From: the human T2T-CHM13v2.0 reference genome, Homo sapiens
Assembly (NCBI RefSeq): GCF_009914755.1
Contig: NC_060932.1
Length of the DNA stretch: 64,000 nt
Direction: 5' to 3' (one strand)
In this document: positions 10,561 through 24,184 of the stretch, piece by piece
Numbering within the stretch: the stretch's first letter is position 1
Layout: every line of letters starts with the position of its first letter
Notes under the pieces: generated by a model
What the model was told of the DNA's origin: nothing
The model's input: only the letters and a program-made list of their open reading frames with translations
The model's database searches: none
Position numbers and translations under genes: made by a program

Positions 10561-11470
10561 TGTGTAACTAATGGACTGAATGAACTATGTTATGTTTACG
10601 ACAATGAAACATATTCAAAGGCACTATTAAATGATTGACCTGATACAATTTGGAAATGCTTGCAAAGCTCTAGCTGACTACTGTTTTTCCTTAAGCAATT
10701 TCTGAGGTTAATTATTTTTTTTCTTCAAAAATATCACATGGAATTTTAGAATAATTTTCTTTGGTTATTCAGCTTTGGTTGTAAATAGTAAACATATTTT
10801 TAAATTGTGTCCTTTGAGCTACTGCATTTTAAGTTAGTGCATGTGGTAAAAAAAAAAACTTGGCACACATAAAAGCAGCTGCAATTAACGAAGCATGCCT
10901 TACTTATTGACTTTTCATATAATGTGTACAACAGAAACATGCTCTTACAAACAGGTCAAGAACTACAAAATGTTCACTAATTGCTGAAATTTGTTCTCTG
11001 TTTGTAATAAAAAATGGATTTAACAATCAGAATAGCTATTCAAGGGGTAATAGAAACAGGAAGGAGAGGCCTCTGTTATTAGCTAATCTAGCAATTACCC
11101 CAAATCGGAGCTTATGTTTTACATAAATATCAATGGAGTTTGTTGAGGAGGTGCAGCTGGAGAGGTGAAAGCAGCTGCCTACTCTAATGCAAATTCCTTT
11201 GGTTAGGAGAATGCACTAACATTAGGATCTAGGATGAACTTAATTCCCTAAGTGGAAAAATGCCTAGTTCTGTCACAGGCCAACAGCAATTCCTCACACT
11301 TCCATTCCAGCACATGGAGAATGTGCCCGTTATGACATCATCTCATTTATGAAGTCCTCCAAGTTATTGTTTGCAACTTGAGCATCTGTACTGATACTAG
11401 GTAACTGTGCCTGAGATCTTGGCCCAGGTGAGCTCAGGAAATTGTTTCCTCTGTACCTTCTTTTCATATT

Positions 11471-11767
11471 TTTTTTTCCCCCAAGAGGGGAGTTTCACTC
11501 TTGTTGCCCAGGCTGGAGTGCAGTGGCGCAGTCTAGGCTCACTGCAACCTCCGCTTCCTGGATTCAAGCAATTCTCCTGCCTCAGCCTCCTGAGTAGCTG
11601 AGATTACAAGCACCCTCCACTATGCCCGGCTAATTTTTGTATTTTTAGTAGAGACGGGGTTTTGCCATGTTGGCCAGGCTTGTCTCGAACTCCTGACCTC
11701 AGGTGATCCACCTGCCTCAGCCTCCCAAAGTGCTGGGATTACAGGCGTTGAGCCACCGCGCCCGGCC
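11471..11767 (-). mobile_element. AluSq/Sp
   Basis: Full dimeric Alu with 'gagtttcactcttgttgcccaggctgg'. TSD ccttcttttcatatt (11456-11470) and ccttcttttcctatt (11769-11783). Confidence 0.97.
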
Positions 11768-12154
11768 CCCTTCTTTTCCTATTAAGAGACTTGGAAGCGA
11801 GTTATGAAATGAACAATGAGCACAACAATAACTAAATGTCACAGCTTACCAAATGTCACAGGCATTGCCTCTAAGTTAATATTTATTCAACAAATATTCA
11901 TGAAGAGCTTTTGTGAGCCTCATTCATTCTGCTAGGTGCTGTATTCATATTATCTCACTCAAACAACTGGCTTGGAAGAAATTCTGCTTGTGGTTCTTAA
12001 GGAGTTCATATAATCATTTGATTCTCACAATTTTGTGAAGTCTGTTAAATTAGTAAAAAGCCAATGAAATAATTGAGGACTAATAGAAACAGAAGAAAAA
12101 GAAAGGGGGAAACATGCTTATTGAGCATTTATCACATACCAGAAAGAAGGCAAA

Positions 12155-12400
12155 ATAGAATAATGATACAAAGTGTGGTCTTGGAATCAAAGGACCCAGG
12201 TACAGAAGCCAGCTTTACCGTTTACTACGTGGCCATGAGCAAATCACTTCAACTTCCAGGGCTTACCTTTCCTCTAGCTTTCCAGCACAAATGGTAATAT
12301 CTTTCTTAGAGGGACATCATGAAAACAAAATGAAACATCAAAAGCAATAAGTACAGTGCCTGGCACATGGTCCATGACACATAAATGATGGTTGTTATTG
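12155..12400 (+). mobile_element. MIR
   Basis: 'ttggaatcaaaggacccagg..gagcaaatcacttcaacttc..gtacagtgcctggcacatgg'. Confidence 0.65.
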
Positions 12401-12404
12401 TTAC

Positions 12405-12580
12405 CTTCAAGGTCATTGCATTGTGATTCAACCTCACAAGTACTCTATGAGCTAGATACAATTATTATCTCTATTTTACACTTGAGGCCATGAAACCACA
12501 GAGTGACCAATAACCAAGGTCACACACTGTGTGATGGATCCAGATATCACATACCTTCAAATCCTGTTCTCTTTCCACTA
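12405..12580 (-). mobile_element. MIR
   Basis: 'ctctatgagctagatacaattattatctctattttaca..ccaaggtcacaca'. Confidence 0.6.
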
Positions 12581-14270
12581 TGCAAACGCTTAATGATTAG
12601 GGCCAAGTTATTCACCACTAATAGTGTTGTCATTCTCACTGGAAACATTACCCTTTTCTAATTTACAAGAATTCTATTATTACCTTACATTCTTTTCATA
12701 TTAATGCACTAAAATACTGGCTATGTCAGAAGAAGGGAAAAGCAAAGGACTAATACACTGAGAACCTGGGCAAAACAGCTATCTCCTGTCAATACAGATC
12801 ATGGCATGATTAATATGGCTAGGTCAATCATAGCCATGACTTCTAGTAGTTCTTTTCTTGTGTCATCTCTAACTTTTATAGTTCTCTTTATTGGCTTGGT
12901 AGAGAAAACAAGACAAAACCAGCCAACCAACCAACCGAGAAACAAAATAATACATCAGCTAGGTATGTGCAGAAAAATTTGTTAGATTTTGGATTACTGT
13001 GTAACTAAGGCAGGGTGAACATACTTGATGAACATACTTGATTTTATTTTGTGTTCAGTTTCCCAAAGAGTATATGGAGGTAAAATAAAAACAATAACCA
13101 TTGCCAATTTTGTTCTTGCACATGCATTATCTGTAAAGCATAATACAGCCTTAAAAGCAATTTCCTTCACTGCAGATGAGAAAACTAAGGCTCTAAGAAG
13201 TTAAAGGACCCTCCCATTATTGTCACAGATGATGCACTTAGCATCAGTGATGATGATGAGTATATCAGACTGATTTGTTGTGGAAGAAACACTGGGTTTA
13301 GAGCTGGGGCACCATGTTTGAGATATGCTTATTTATAAGGCCCATGTGATCTTAGTAAAAAGCAAGCCACCTTGCTGGGCCTACATTTTCTTATTTGTAA
13401 ATGAAGGCAAAGCATAGCTGTTTGTCTCTTTAGTGTCTTCCATTTCTCCATGAATTTTGTGTTTAGATCTCAAATGTCACTGGGAGCTAAAGGTTGTCCT
13501 ATAACTGTCTAGTTCACTCATATATGAGGTTCTGTTACCTTTATTTCCAAACCAATACTTTTGGTAAATCTATGTAGCTGACAATCACAAGGAATGAACT
13601 ACTTATCTCCACTGTTATGTTTGACTAATTTCCTTTTTCTGGAGAGAACTGGAGAAGGAGGCTGCTGGAATTGTCTTCAGCTCTTCAGTGAACTGCTAAT
13701 TTGAAACCACAGGGTGCTCTTCCAGAAACTGCAGTCTTGCACCTGATAACCATTTTATGGGAATGTGCCTTGGCCCTTTAGTTGTGGTTCCCCACAAAAT
13801 GCCATGATGAGTGACATGCTTCCAGCAGATGAAAGCTCCATGGGGGTCTGGGCCAGAGACCTCTGACTATGTCACTTGGCATTTGCTGATTTCTTTCTAC
13901 TTTCTGTATAAGTGAATGTCCCTGAGCTACACTTTCATTTGGATGTTTAATATTTCAATGAAATTCACATGTGATTAAGTGAAAATGCTATCTCCAGAAT
14001 GCTGTAAAGTAGACCAACAGAATTAGAGTTTAGCATTTTTTAGGAAGATGTAGGCAAGCTTCTCAACAACGGACCATTTATTTATTTATTTACTTTGGAA
14101 GAGTATTATCTTAGCAAAAATCTACACTTCCATGAGCACTGCATTCTTATTCTCTTTCCAGTTAAGGCAGGGAGTAAAGTCAGTATTTAAAAAGGGACAG
14201 GAAATGGAAAAATAGTTGCCAAACCCCAGGAATCTAGTATGCACTTAAAAATATATAATATTATCTTTGA

Positions 14271-14480
14271 AAGGCAGTTTAAAATGGTGAAGAGCCCTGC
14301 CTCTGAAACTGCACTGGCCGGTTCAAGTCATAGCCCTGCCATTAAAAATTCCCAGGACTTTGGCCAAAGTATTTCACTTTTGTGCCTCAGTTTTTGCATC
14401 TCTAAAATGGGAATACTGATAGTACCATATAAGGTAGTTGTTAAGAGTACAAAGACCTCTGAGATTATGAAGCATTTATG
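14271..14480 (+). mobile_element. MIR
   Basis: 'ggttcaagtc..gtgcctcagtttttgcatctctaaaatgggaatactgatagtacc'. Confidence 0.75.
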
Positions 14481-14666
14481 ATTTCTCTCATAGTACACTA
14501 CCTTCCATGCTTATGGCTCTTAAATGACCTAAAATTCGTAAGAAGCAAGAAATATGTTTATTCCCTATTTAATGAGGGCTTATTCTATAAGTAATATGTT
14601 AGGTGTAGGGAAACAAAGATTAAATAAATGCACCACTTACCATTCAGACCCTTGCAGTGGGATAAG

Positions 14667-14668
<2 letters not shown>

Positions 14669-14710
<42 letters not shown>
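14669..14710. repeat. (CA)21 microsatellite
   Basis: Uninterrupted CA run. Confidence 0.98.
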
Positions 14711-14712
<2 letters not shown>

Positions 14713-15399
14713 AACAATTATAAGTCTTGTGTTTATAGGAAAAACATACCAGTATGAGGGGTATTTTGTTCTTGGATTTGCTGAGGAAATTATATTTGGC
14801 CTGTATATGAAAGAAAGATTGGTGATTGGGCATTGCAAATAGAAGAAATAGCACTGACAAAGACAGGAAGGTACATGATGTCTTTGAAAGCATATTTGCA
14901 AAAACAGCCTCATCTTTAGTCGATCATGTGCATGACAATCTCACTCATGTTATTTAAATACCCTAACAATGGGGACCATTTCATTTTTGTACATCCTTAG
15001 CAGAATATCTTACATTATAATGCAAGTACAAGAAATATTTGGTGAATTGCTTTGAAATAAAAATGTGATTTAGATAAAAACTGCTAAAGTATTTCACAGG
15101 AAAGAGTGGTTCATTCCATTCTGGGGGTTTCATGGAGTTTTAAAATGGATTGGTATGGAATCAAGAGGGTTTTTTTTTAAGTTAATTTTTGGTAGAAAGG
15201 AGTCAAATTGGAGCAAACAGCATGAGAAAATGCACTTTTAATGTCACTCAAGTTATTTTTTGGGCTCTAGGAGGCACATAATTAGATATATGTATACACT
15301 GGTTCTGGTTCTATGTTATTCATCTCTTCTTTGGCCAACTGTATTTCCTTTCACCTTAAAGAGGTCCATAAGGAGCTCTCAACCAAGTGTCCTATTCTC

Positions 15400-15525
15400 A
15401 TTTTACAGGGATGGGCACAAGATTCAATATTGACCAATCAGGGTATGACATCTTACTGGCATCACTAATTAGTCTGGGCAAGGGCAGGTGACCAAATGAG
15501 ACCAATCAGAATCACCCCTAAGATA
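15400..15525 (+). mobile_element. LTR16/LTR33-like ERVL LTR fragment
   Basis: Duplicated 'gggca..tgacc..gaccaatcag' CCAAT units typical of this group. Highly degenerate. Confidence 0.45.
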
Positions 15526-16431
15526 ATATGACATTATTATAATATATAGCCTGTATATTATAATGTATACTAGTTACGAGATGATCCTTTTCATTTTCGA
15601 TAATATACTATAACATTCTCACAACAAATGGGGAGAGTCTGTCTGATAATGAGGAAATAAATCAGGAATTGGAAGTTTCTACGAAATTTATGACCTTCTG
15701 TCTTCAAAATTTCTCCACCAGTTACGTCAGAGAATAACGTAACTCTCTCTCTCTCTCTCTCCCTCTTCTTCTCCCCTTCCTCTCTCTCTCTTCCTCTCCT
15801 GTTGATTTGTATGTTGTTTCTGCACTTTCACATAGAATAATCTTTCCCAGTATATGATGAGTGGCAAAAGCTGAAGAATCATCATTTTGAGAAACCATTA
15901 TTTGGGAATCAGAGGTTCAGGTAACATGTGAACATAAATTCTTGCAGGTGTGGCCTTAAAAGCAACTGAGCAAAGAAGCCAGAAAACCAGAATTGAACCC
16001 ACTGTGAATAACTGACTGGTCAATGAGGCAGAATCTAATGTTGCTCTATTCTGTTAAATATACGGCCTCACACCAGGACATAAAAGTCATGCCACACAAA
16101 TAACAAGCTACAAAGACTAAATATGTAATCTTAGTCTTTAATGGCCACTTACTATTTTCAATAATTTTTTACTCATTCATAATCCAGTCATTAACTTATC
16201 ATTAGGGTATTCATTCAGTGAATAAGCTCACAGCCAATTTGAAGAATGTAGGAGAGATGGGATACATTCCAGAAAATGGGAGAGCTCCTGGTTCTAGTAC
16301 TAGTATATTAGAAATTATTCTCTTCAGTTTTCTGAAGTCCCCTGAAGCATACCTCTAGCCAATGTTTCTGCCAACTAGTGTTGAAACAATTTTGCAATCT
16401 TCCACACTGTAGTGATGTCATGATGTCTTTC

Positions 16432-17127
16432 TGTTAGCAGTGTTGAATCCATGTGAGTCTATAGCATCCTCAATTCTTGCCTCCTCAGAAGAAAGAATTC
16501 AACTGAGGGGCATAAGGCAAAGGGAGAGTCCAAGGCAAGTTTTAGAGCAGAAGTGAATGTTTGCTAACAGGTTTTAGAGCAGGAACAAAAGGAAGTAAGT
16601 ACACTTGGAAGAGGACCAAGTGTGCAAATTGAGATCAAGTGCATGGTTTGATTTTTGACTTGGGATCTTATATGTCAGCATGCTTCCAGGGGGTTGCGTA
16701 TCTCCTCCCCGATTCTTCCTGTCCGCCTGCGTGGTGACCTCCAGCACTTGTGAGGGGCTGCATGTAGAGTGTGTTTACTGACATTGTACACATGCTCGCT
16801 TGAAGCATTCTTTCCTTACCAGTCAAGTGTTCCTAGAAGAAGGTCACATACCAGTTAAAATCTACCATTTTGCCTCTTAGTGTGCATGCTTGAGCCCACT
16901 GGTCCCACTCCTAAGATCTTATTGGGAAGCTGCTGATCACCAGCTTCAGGTGTTTTCTCTCCATTGGGAGACTGCCTGTTACCTGGTGCCAGCTGCAACC
17001 AATTATTATTTTAGACAGATGGTTCAACAACCAACTGACCATCACCTGGTGGTTACCTGACATTCCTAGGGGTGGTGGAAGCCCCTGTCCTGCCCTGCTC
17101 ATGTCGACCTGACCACCTACTCCAACA
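16432..17127 (-). mobile_element. MER50-like ERV1 solo LTR
   Basis: TG..CA termini. Contains 'aactgaggggcataaggc..ttttagagcag', 'gggaagctgctgatcaccag' and 'cctgccctgctcatgtc'. Flanks tttc/cttc. Confidence 0.85.
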
Positions 17128-19044
17128 CTTCACATGGTCAGAGGACTTGTACCAATTTCTAATTGCCCTCTCATCTTTACCATCTATTTCCTCAACCATA
17201 TACTTGAAAAATAAGTTAACATGCACTCTGATACCCGTTTAGCTACTTTGTAACACATCCACATTATCTCTTACACATCTTTTGTCAGCCTCATCACTTA
17301 AAGAATATCCAGAGTATAAGTGGAGAAAGTAAAGCTCATAGTAAAGTGAATAAGATGTGTTGCACATTGCAGAACATCCTCAATTCACATTAACATGGTA
17401 GAACATCATTGCCTGAGGCTATTTATAATGTGGCTCACCAAAACCCATTGCCCCAACTAACTGGCTGAAAGCACAAGTGATTAAAATAAATATTAAAGCA
17501 TACTGTAGCATGTTGAGATACTATGTATAAACAAAAATATTGCAGAAACAAATAGCTTTTAACTAATCAGTGTTGTATGGAGAGTCATTCCAAGGATGTA
17601 TGTGTTTTTATTACAAGTGAAGGAATTGCATTAAGAAAAACCTGAAGGTAGACAAGAATAAAGCTTTATGGAAAAATAGTTAGAAACTCAGTTAAGTTAG
17701 AGTAAAAGGTGTGTCCAGGAGAGGAAAGAGAAATATATTTGGAAAGACATTTAGAGGGAGAAAGTTTTGGGTGTGCATTGCCAACCTACTGTGTTGAAAA
17801 GATATATGAAAATAATAGAAATTCGCCCTCCTTAACCAAATGGACTTCACTCCAGTCATTTACTATATACATCTGCTTACTATGCATATGCATGTGATTC
17901 ATTATAATCACTAAATATAGGTATGGCTCAATTTTCCTCTATTAATGTGTGATACACAAGGTAGGAAAAAAGCTTAACACAGACACTGCACACTGAAACT
18001 CTCCAATTTTCACATTAATAACATCAGAAACTTGAATGAAAATTGATCTTCCAAAGCAAGATTCTTCTGCTTAACAATACCTGGAACATATCAACCCCTT
18101 CTACACCCCCCAATGACATAGTATATTTTAAACTCAACTAAAGGGACTGGTTGAGAAAAACTGAATGATTCCATTTATGGAATGACTTATAAAGTACTTA
18201 CTAAATAGTTAACAAAAACAGACAAGAAGACAGTTAACATTTTACTGTGTGTCAGTTTCTTAAAACGTAGGTATATATGTCTTAATGTAAGGAGAAACAC
18301 CCCCTCCCAAGTACATGTCTATATCGTTAGTAAAGATATAAGTCATCTTATATGATTATCTCTCAATTACTTTATGTTGCAGTCAATACTACCAATTAGG
18401 AAAGATAATTATACAGAATTCACCTAACAAAATCAGTAAAAAGAGAAGGTAGTATTCCATTTTGCAATTGTAAGTTTTGAATAATGTCATAAATAAGCCT
18501 TTTAAAGATTACTCACAAAGAAATACAAAAAAACTACTTTTTAAAGATTTTAAATATGTATCTACATTATAAACGAACAATTTTCTCAATTTTGTATGAC
18601 TAGATTATCTTCGACATAGTATAAAATACACAATAAAAGCATGTTTTGCAGATTCAAAAACATTATGCTATATCTCAAACAATTTAGAGGAGGAGATAGT
18701 ATGCTCTGGAAAACTATTAAATGACTTTAACTGTCCCTAAAGACTGTGAAGGAACTGATGTCAAAGTCTCTTATAAAGAGTTTGTGTAAATTTTTAAATG
18801 AACAAGAAGTGTAAAAAAAAAATTCCAAATTAGTATATTATTTTATATGTCATTATTTATGTGTAACAAATTATTAAATTTTATAAATAGACATTAGATT
18901 TTAAAAATATATCACTAAAATTCGTATATTTGATTGCCCCAAAACATTCTTTGAACTGTCTCCTTGAAAAAAACAGGACACTGCTTTTTATTCTATTCTG
19001 GCATAAATGATAATTTTGGCTTCAATAAAATATAAGGCAGTTGG

Positions 19045-19190
19045 TGAAATCGTTATCCTCATTTTATGTATGAGAATAAAGAGTGTTCTCAGAAGATTCA
19101 CCAAGGTCATATGATTAGTAAATGTCAGATCCTACAGTCAGTTTACCTGACTACAAAGCTTATGAATGTTCCTCATTCTATTCTTTCTCT
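19045..19190 (-). mobile_element. MIR
   Basis: 'ttatcctcattttatgtatgagaat..ccaaggtcatatgattagtaaatg..cctgactacaaagc'. Confidence 0.65.
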
Positions 19191-19960
19191 CTAGGAAAAC
19201 AGAACCCATTTGTACAAGCAGGTAAGAGTGTGAGTGCCTACATGTGCACAATGATTATCATTCAAAATATTTATCAAACAGAATGTCATAGATAACAACC
19301 AAACAGAATGGATTCCTGACAACTGGAATGGCTGCAATGTGTAAATATGTGGTAGAGCTGTATCATGTGCCCTTAATAAATATCAGTCGTGTCTATGAGT
19401 GCACGTGCCTGTGTGTGCAGGCACACTCCCTTAGTTCAGGTGATATCTTAGGTGTATTCCCTCTAATTTCCTCAAATTCAATTTTAAGATCAAAACTTTT
19501 GTCATCAGCTAAGGACCTACTATATATGTTCCAGACACACTGTTCTTGACATTTATTACACATGTTCAAATTATACCCCATACACTCCTTTTAAAGATGC
19601 TATGAGAGTGTGAATTTAGTTTTGTCCTTCATGTCCTCTTCTAGCATTAAACGTTTTTTGGCTACAGATGGCCAGGTTAGACTCAGTTCTAGGGTCTTAA
19701 TTGCAACATCTTTCTCTTCCCCTATCAACCCCTTTGTTTCTTTCTGTTGTCTGCGTGTCACAGGAAGCATATGAACTCCCATTGCATGAATCCCACTATT
19801 ATACTGAGGGCTAAACTGAATATTTCTTTAGGCTCACATCATTTCTTTTTCTTAACCTTTGATTCTTCTTTCTTTGGAAGCTGCTTTCTCCTACACATTC
19901 TCCCTTTGAAAATAGGGGCATTCAATTTCACTGCCATTCCTTTAGCTCTTTCTTACTCTC

Positions 19961-20323
19961 TGATATTGTCTGAATATTTGTATTTCACCAAAATTCATAT
20001 GTTGAAATCCTAATCCCCAAGGTGATGGTATTTGGAGGTAGGGCCTTTGGGAGGTAATTAGGTCATTAGGGTGAAGCCCTCATGATTGGGTTTCCTGTCC
20101 TTAAAATAGAGGCCTCAGCGAGTGAATTCTCTCTTCCACCACAAGAGGATACACAGAAGGTGTCATCTCCAAATCAGGAAGTGGGTCCTCATCAGACATC
20201 ACATATTCTGATGCCTTGATTTTGGACTTTCCAGCCTCCAGATCTGTGGGAAATAAACTTCTTTTATTTGTAAGCCACCCAGTTTATGGTATTTTATTAC
20301 AGCAGCCCAAACAGACTAAGACA
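19961..20323 (+). mobile_element. MLT1A0 solo LTR
   Basis: 'aaaattcatatgttgaaatcctaatccccaaggtgatggtatttggaggtagggcctttgggagg..acagactaagaca'. TSD ctctc/ccctc. Confidence 0.92.
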
Positions 20324-20845
20324 CCCTCTATCTCTTTGAAATGATTCTCATTATAATAGTCACAAGCTCAAGAAAAAAAGCCACTTTCAGGAGCAAGGAT
20401 AGGATATCGTTCCTTAGAATGAATAAAGACATACATATCCCTTTTTCATTTTTTCTTTAAAAAAATTTTTTTTCATTATCTCTTCCTTGTGATTTTCTTA
20501 CATGTATACCCCTTAAGGTATTATCTGGACCTTCACTTTTGGAGCAATGAGAACAGATATGGTCTTTGGAAATTTAGATTTTCTGGCACCTGTCTCCTAA
20601 CTTGTATACCTTGTCTCTCTTTTTTCTTCCTACTGGTGAACAATATTACATATTAGATTAGAATGTGTCTATCATTACTAATCAGCAGTACAGCTCTTTA
20701 AGTTTCAGTTTCTTCACAGTAAAATAGACATAATAGTACCTCCCTTTGTATTTAGATGTGAGGCTAAAATAAATAACAGATACAGAATGCTTAGTAATTG
20801 TGAGCTTCTACTTTAATTATTTGTCATTGTTCTGCTTTCTCAGCA

Positions 20846-20981
20846 TTCTCCTCTTCCTCCTCCCTCTCTTCCTCCCTCTCCTACTCTGCTTCCTCTTGCT
20901 TCTTCTCCTCCTCTTTCTCTTTCTTGTTTTTTTCCTTCTTCTCCTCTGCTTTATCCTCTCTGGCTCCTCTTTGTTCTCCCT
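20846..20981. repeat. CT-rich low-complexity tract
   Basis: Degenerate (CTC/CTT)n. Confidence 0.85.
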
Positions 20982-21297
20982 GTGCTATTCTGCAGAATTA
21001 ATGTTAAATTTATCTGCTGAATTTGCTTGACCTTGCACTGATGATATTTACCAACTAAATTTGTCTAGTTCTCCATATATCGTTTCTGCTCTAAGATATA
21101 ACTTGTACTCTGACCACTTTAGTCCAGTATATTTATTCTACTTCTCCAACACCCAAAAGTGTTGAGTTTTGTGCCAAGTGCCATTTTAAGCTCTCATGAT
21201 TATAGCAATGAAAAAAAAAAAGAGTAGCCTCTGAGCTCAGAGAACTCTAATGGGTAGAGAAGGAGATATACATAAGCACATAGAGGATGATACGTAA

Positions 21298-21661
21298 TGA
21301 TATGATTTGGTTCTGTGTCCCCACCCAAATCTCATCTCGAATTGTAATACCCACATGTCAGAGGAGAGAACGGGTGGGAGGTGACTGGATCATGGGGACA
21401 GTTTCCCCCATGTTGTTCTCAGGATAGTAAGGGAGTTATCACAGGAGCTGATGATTTTAAAAGTGTTTGGCAGTTCGCCCTTTGCTCTCTCTCTCTCCTG
21501 CTGCCATGTAAGATGGGCCTTGCTTCCCCTTCTCTTTCCACCGTGATTGTAAGTTTCCTGAGGCCTCCTCAGCCATTTGGAACTGTGAACCAATTAAACC
21601 TCTTTTATTTCTAGATTACCCAGTCTTTGGTGTTATCTTTAAGGCACTCTGAAAACAGACA
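21298..21661 (+). mobile_element. THE1D solo LTR
   Basis: 'tgatatgatttggttctgtgtccccacccaaatctcatc..gtttggcagttc..gattgtaagtttcctgaggcctcc'. TSD cgtaa/tgtaa. Confidence 0.92.
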
Positions 21662-21739
21662 TGTAATAATGAGGGGAAAAAGCAGGGTAAAGAAGGCAAA
21701 TGGCAATACATAGCAAATGATATCTATCATGTCTCAAAA

Positions 21740-21990
21740 CACCTTAGAGCCTAGTTGTGTGACAGATGAGTAAATAGACAACTATTAAGCACCGTGATAA
21801 ATACTCTAATAAAGATGTACCCAAGGTATTATGGGAACAAAGAGAGGGAGCACTCAATCCAGCCTGGAAAGACTAAATAAAGTTTCTGAGAGGAGGAGAA
21901 TCCTTATCTTAGCCCTAAAAGGACAAGCACAAGTCAATAATATTAAAAGATATACAAGGAAATTTCAGAGCAAACAAATGATGCAAAGGC
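21740..21990 (-). mobile_element. L2 fragment
   Basis: 'gtgataaatactctaataaagatgtacccaaggtattatgggaacaaagagagggagcac'. Confidence 0.6.
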
Positions 21991-22158
21991 ACAAAACAAG
22001 AAAACAAAACAAAACAAACAACAACAAAAAACAAGGTATAAAAGGAAAAGAAGAAAATGTGCAAAAAGTTAAGAATATGTAAATTCATTACAGTTATAGG
22101 GCTATAGAAAAACCTTGCTGAAGTTTAATATAAGCACCCCCACCTTAGTGCATATCTG

Positions 22159-22334
22159 CCCTTCTCTTTTTTCTTTTTTCCTTTCTTTCTCTTTTTCTTT
22201 ATTTCTTCTCTTTCTTCCTTCCTTCCTCTTTCATTCTTTCTCTATTTCTTCTTTCTTCCTTCCTTCCTCTTTTTTTCTTTCTCTCTCTCTCTCTCTCCTT
22301 CCCACCTTCCTTACTTCTTTCTGTCTTTCTTTCT
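22159..22334. repeat. Polypyrimidine (TTTC/TTCC) tract
   Basis: About 175 bp, almost entirely C/T. Confidence 0.9.
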
Positions 22335-22484
22335 GTGAATAGCAGTAAACTCTAATTCCCAGTGTCATATACTTTCAATAAGGCAATTACTCTCTTCATT
22401 TCAGGAGGGCACATGTGTGTCAGGACTGGCCAGGCATGGTATTCTATACAATAATTTTTCAATTCAAGCTGAGTCTGAATTGCC

Positions 22485-24125
<1,641 letters not shown>

Positions 24126-24184
24126 GCTCCTCTCTTACCAGCGATGAAGAGGGGCAGGGTTCGCTACACACAATGGATTGCTAT

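Noticed and set aside
13016-13041. 13-bp perfect tandem (tgaacatacttga)x2, with similar small duplications near 8656, 11833 and 40117
   Set aside because: Ordinary slippage duplications with no further structure.
20800-21030. Hydrophobic membrane-like ORFs (also at 22115 and 14585-14913)
   Set aside because: These are translations of CT-rich tracts and (CA)n repeats.
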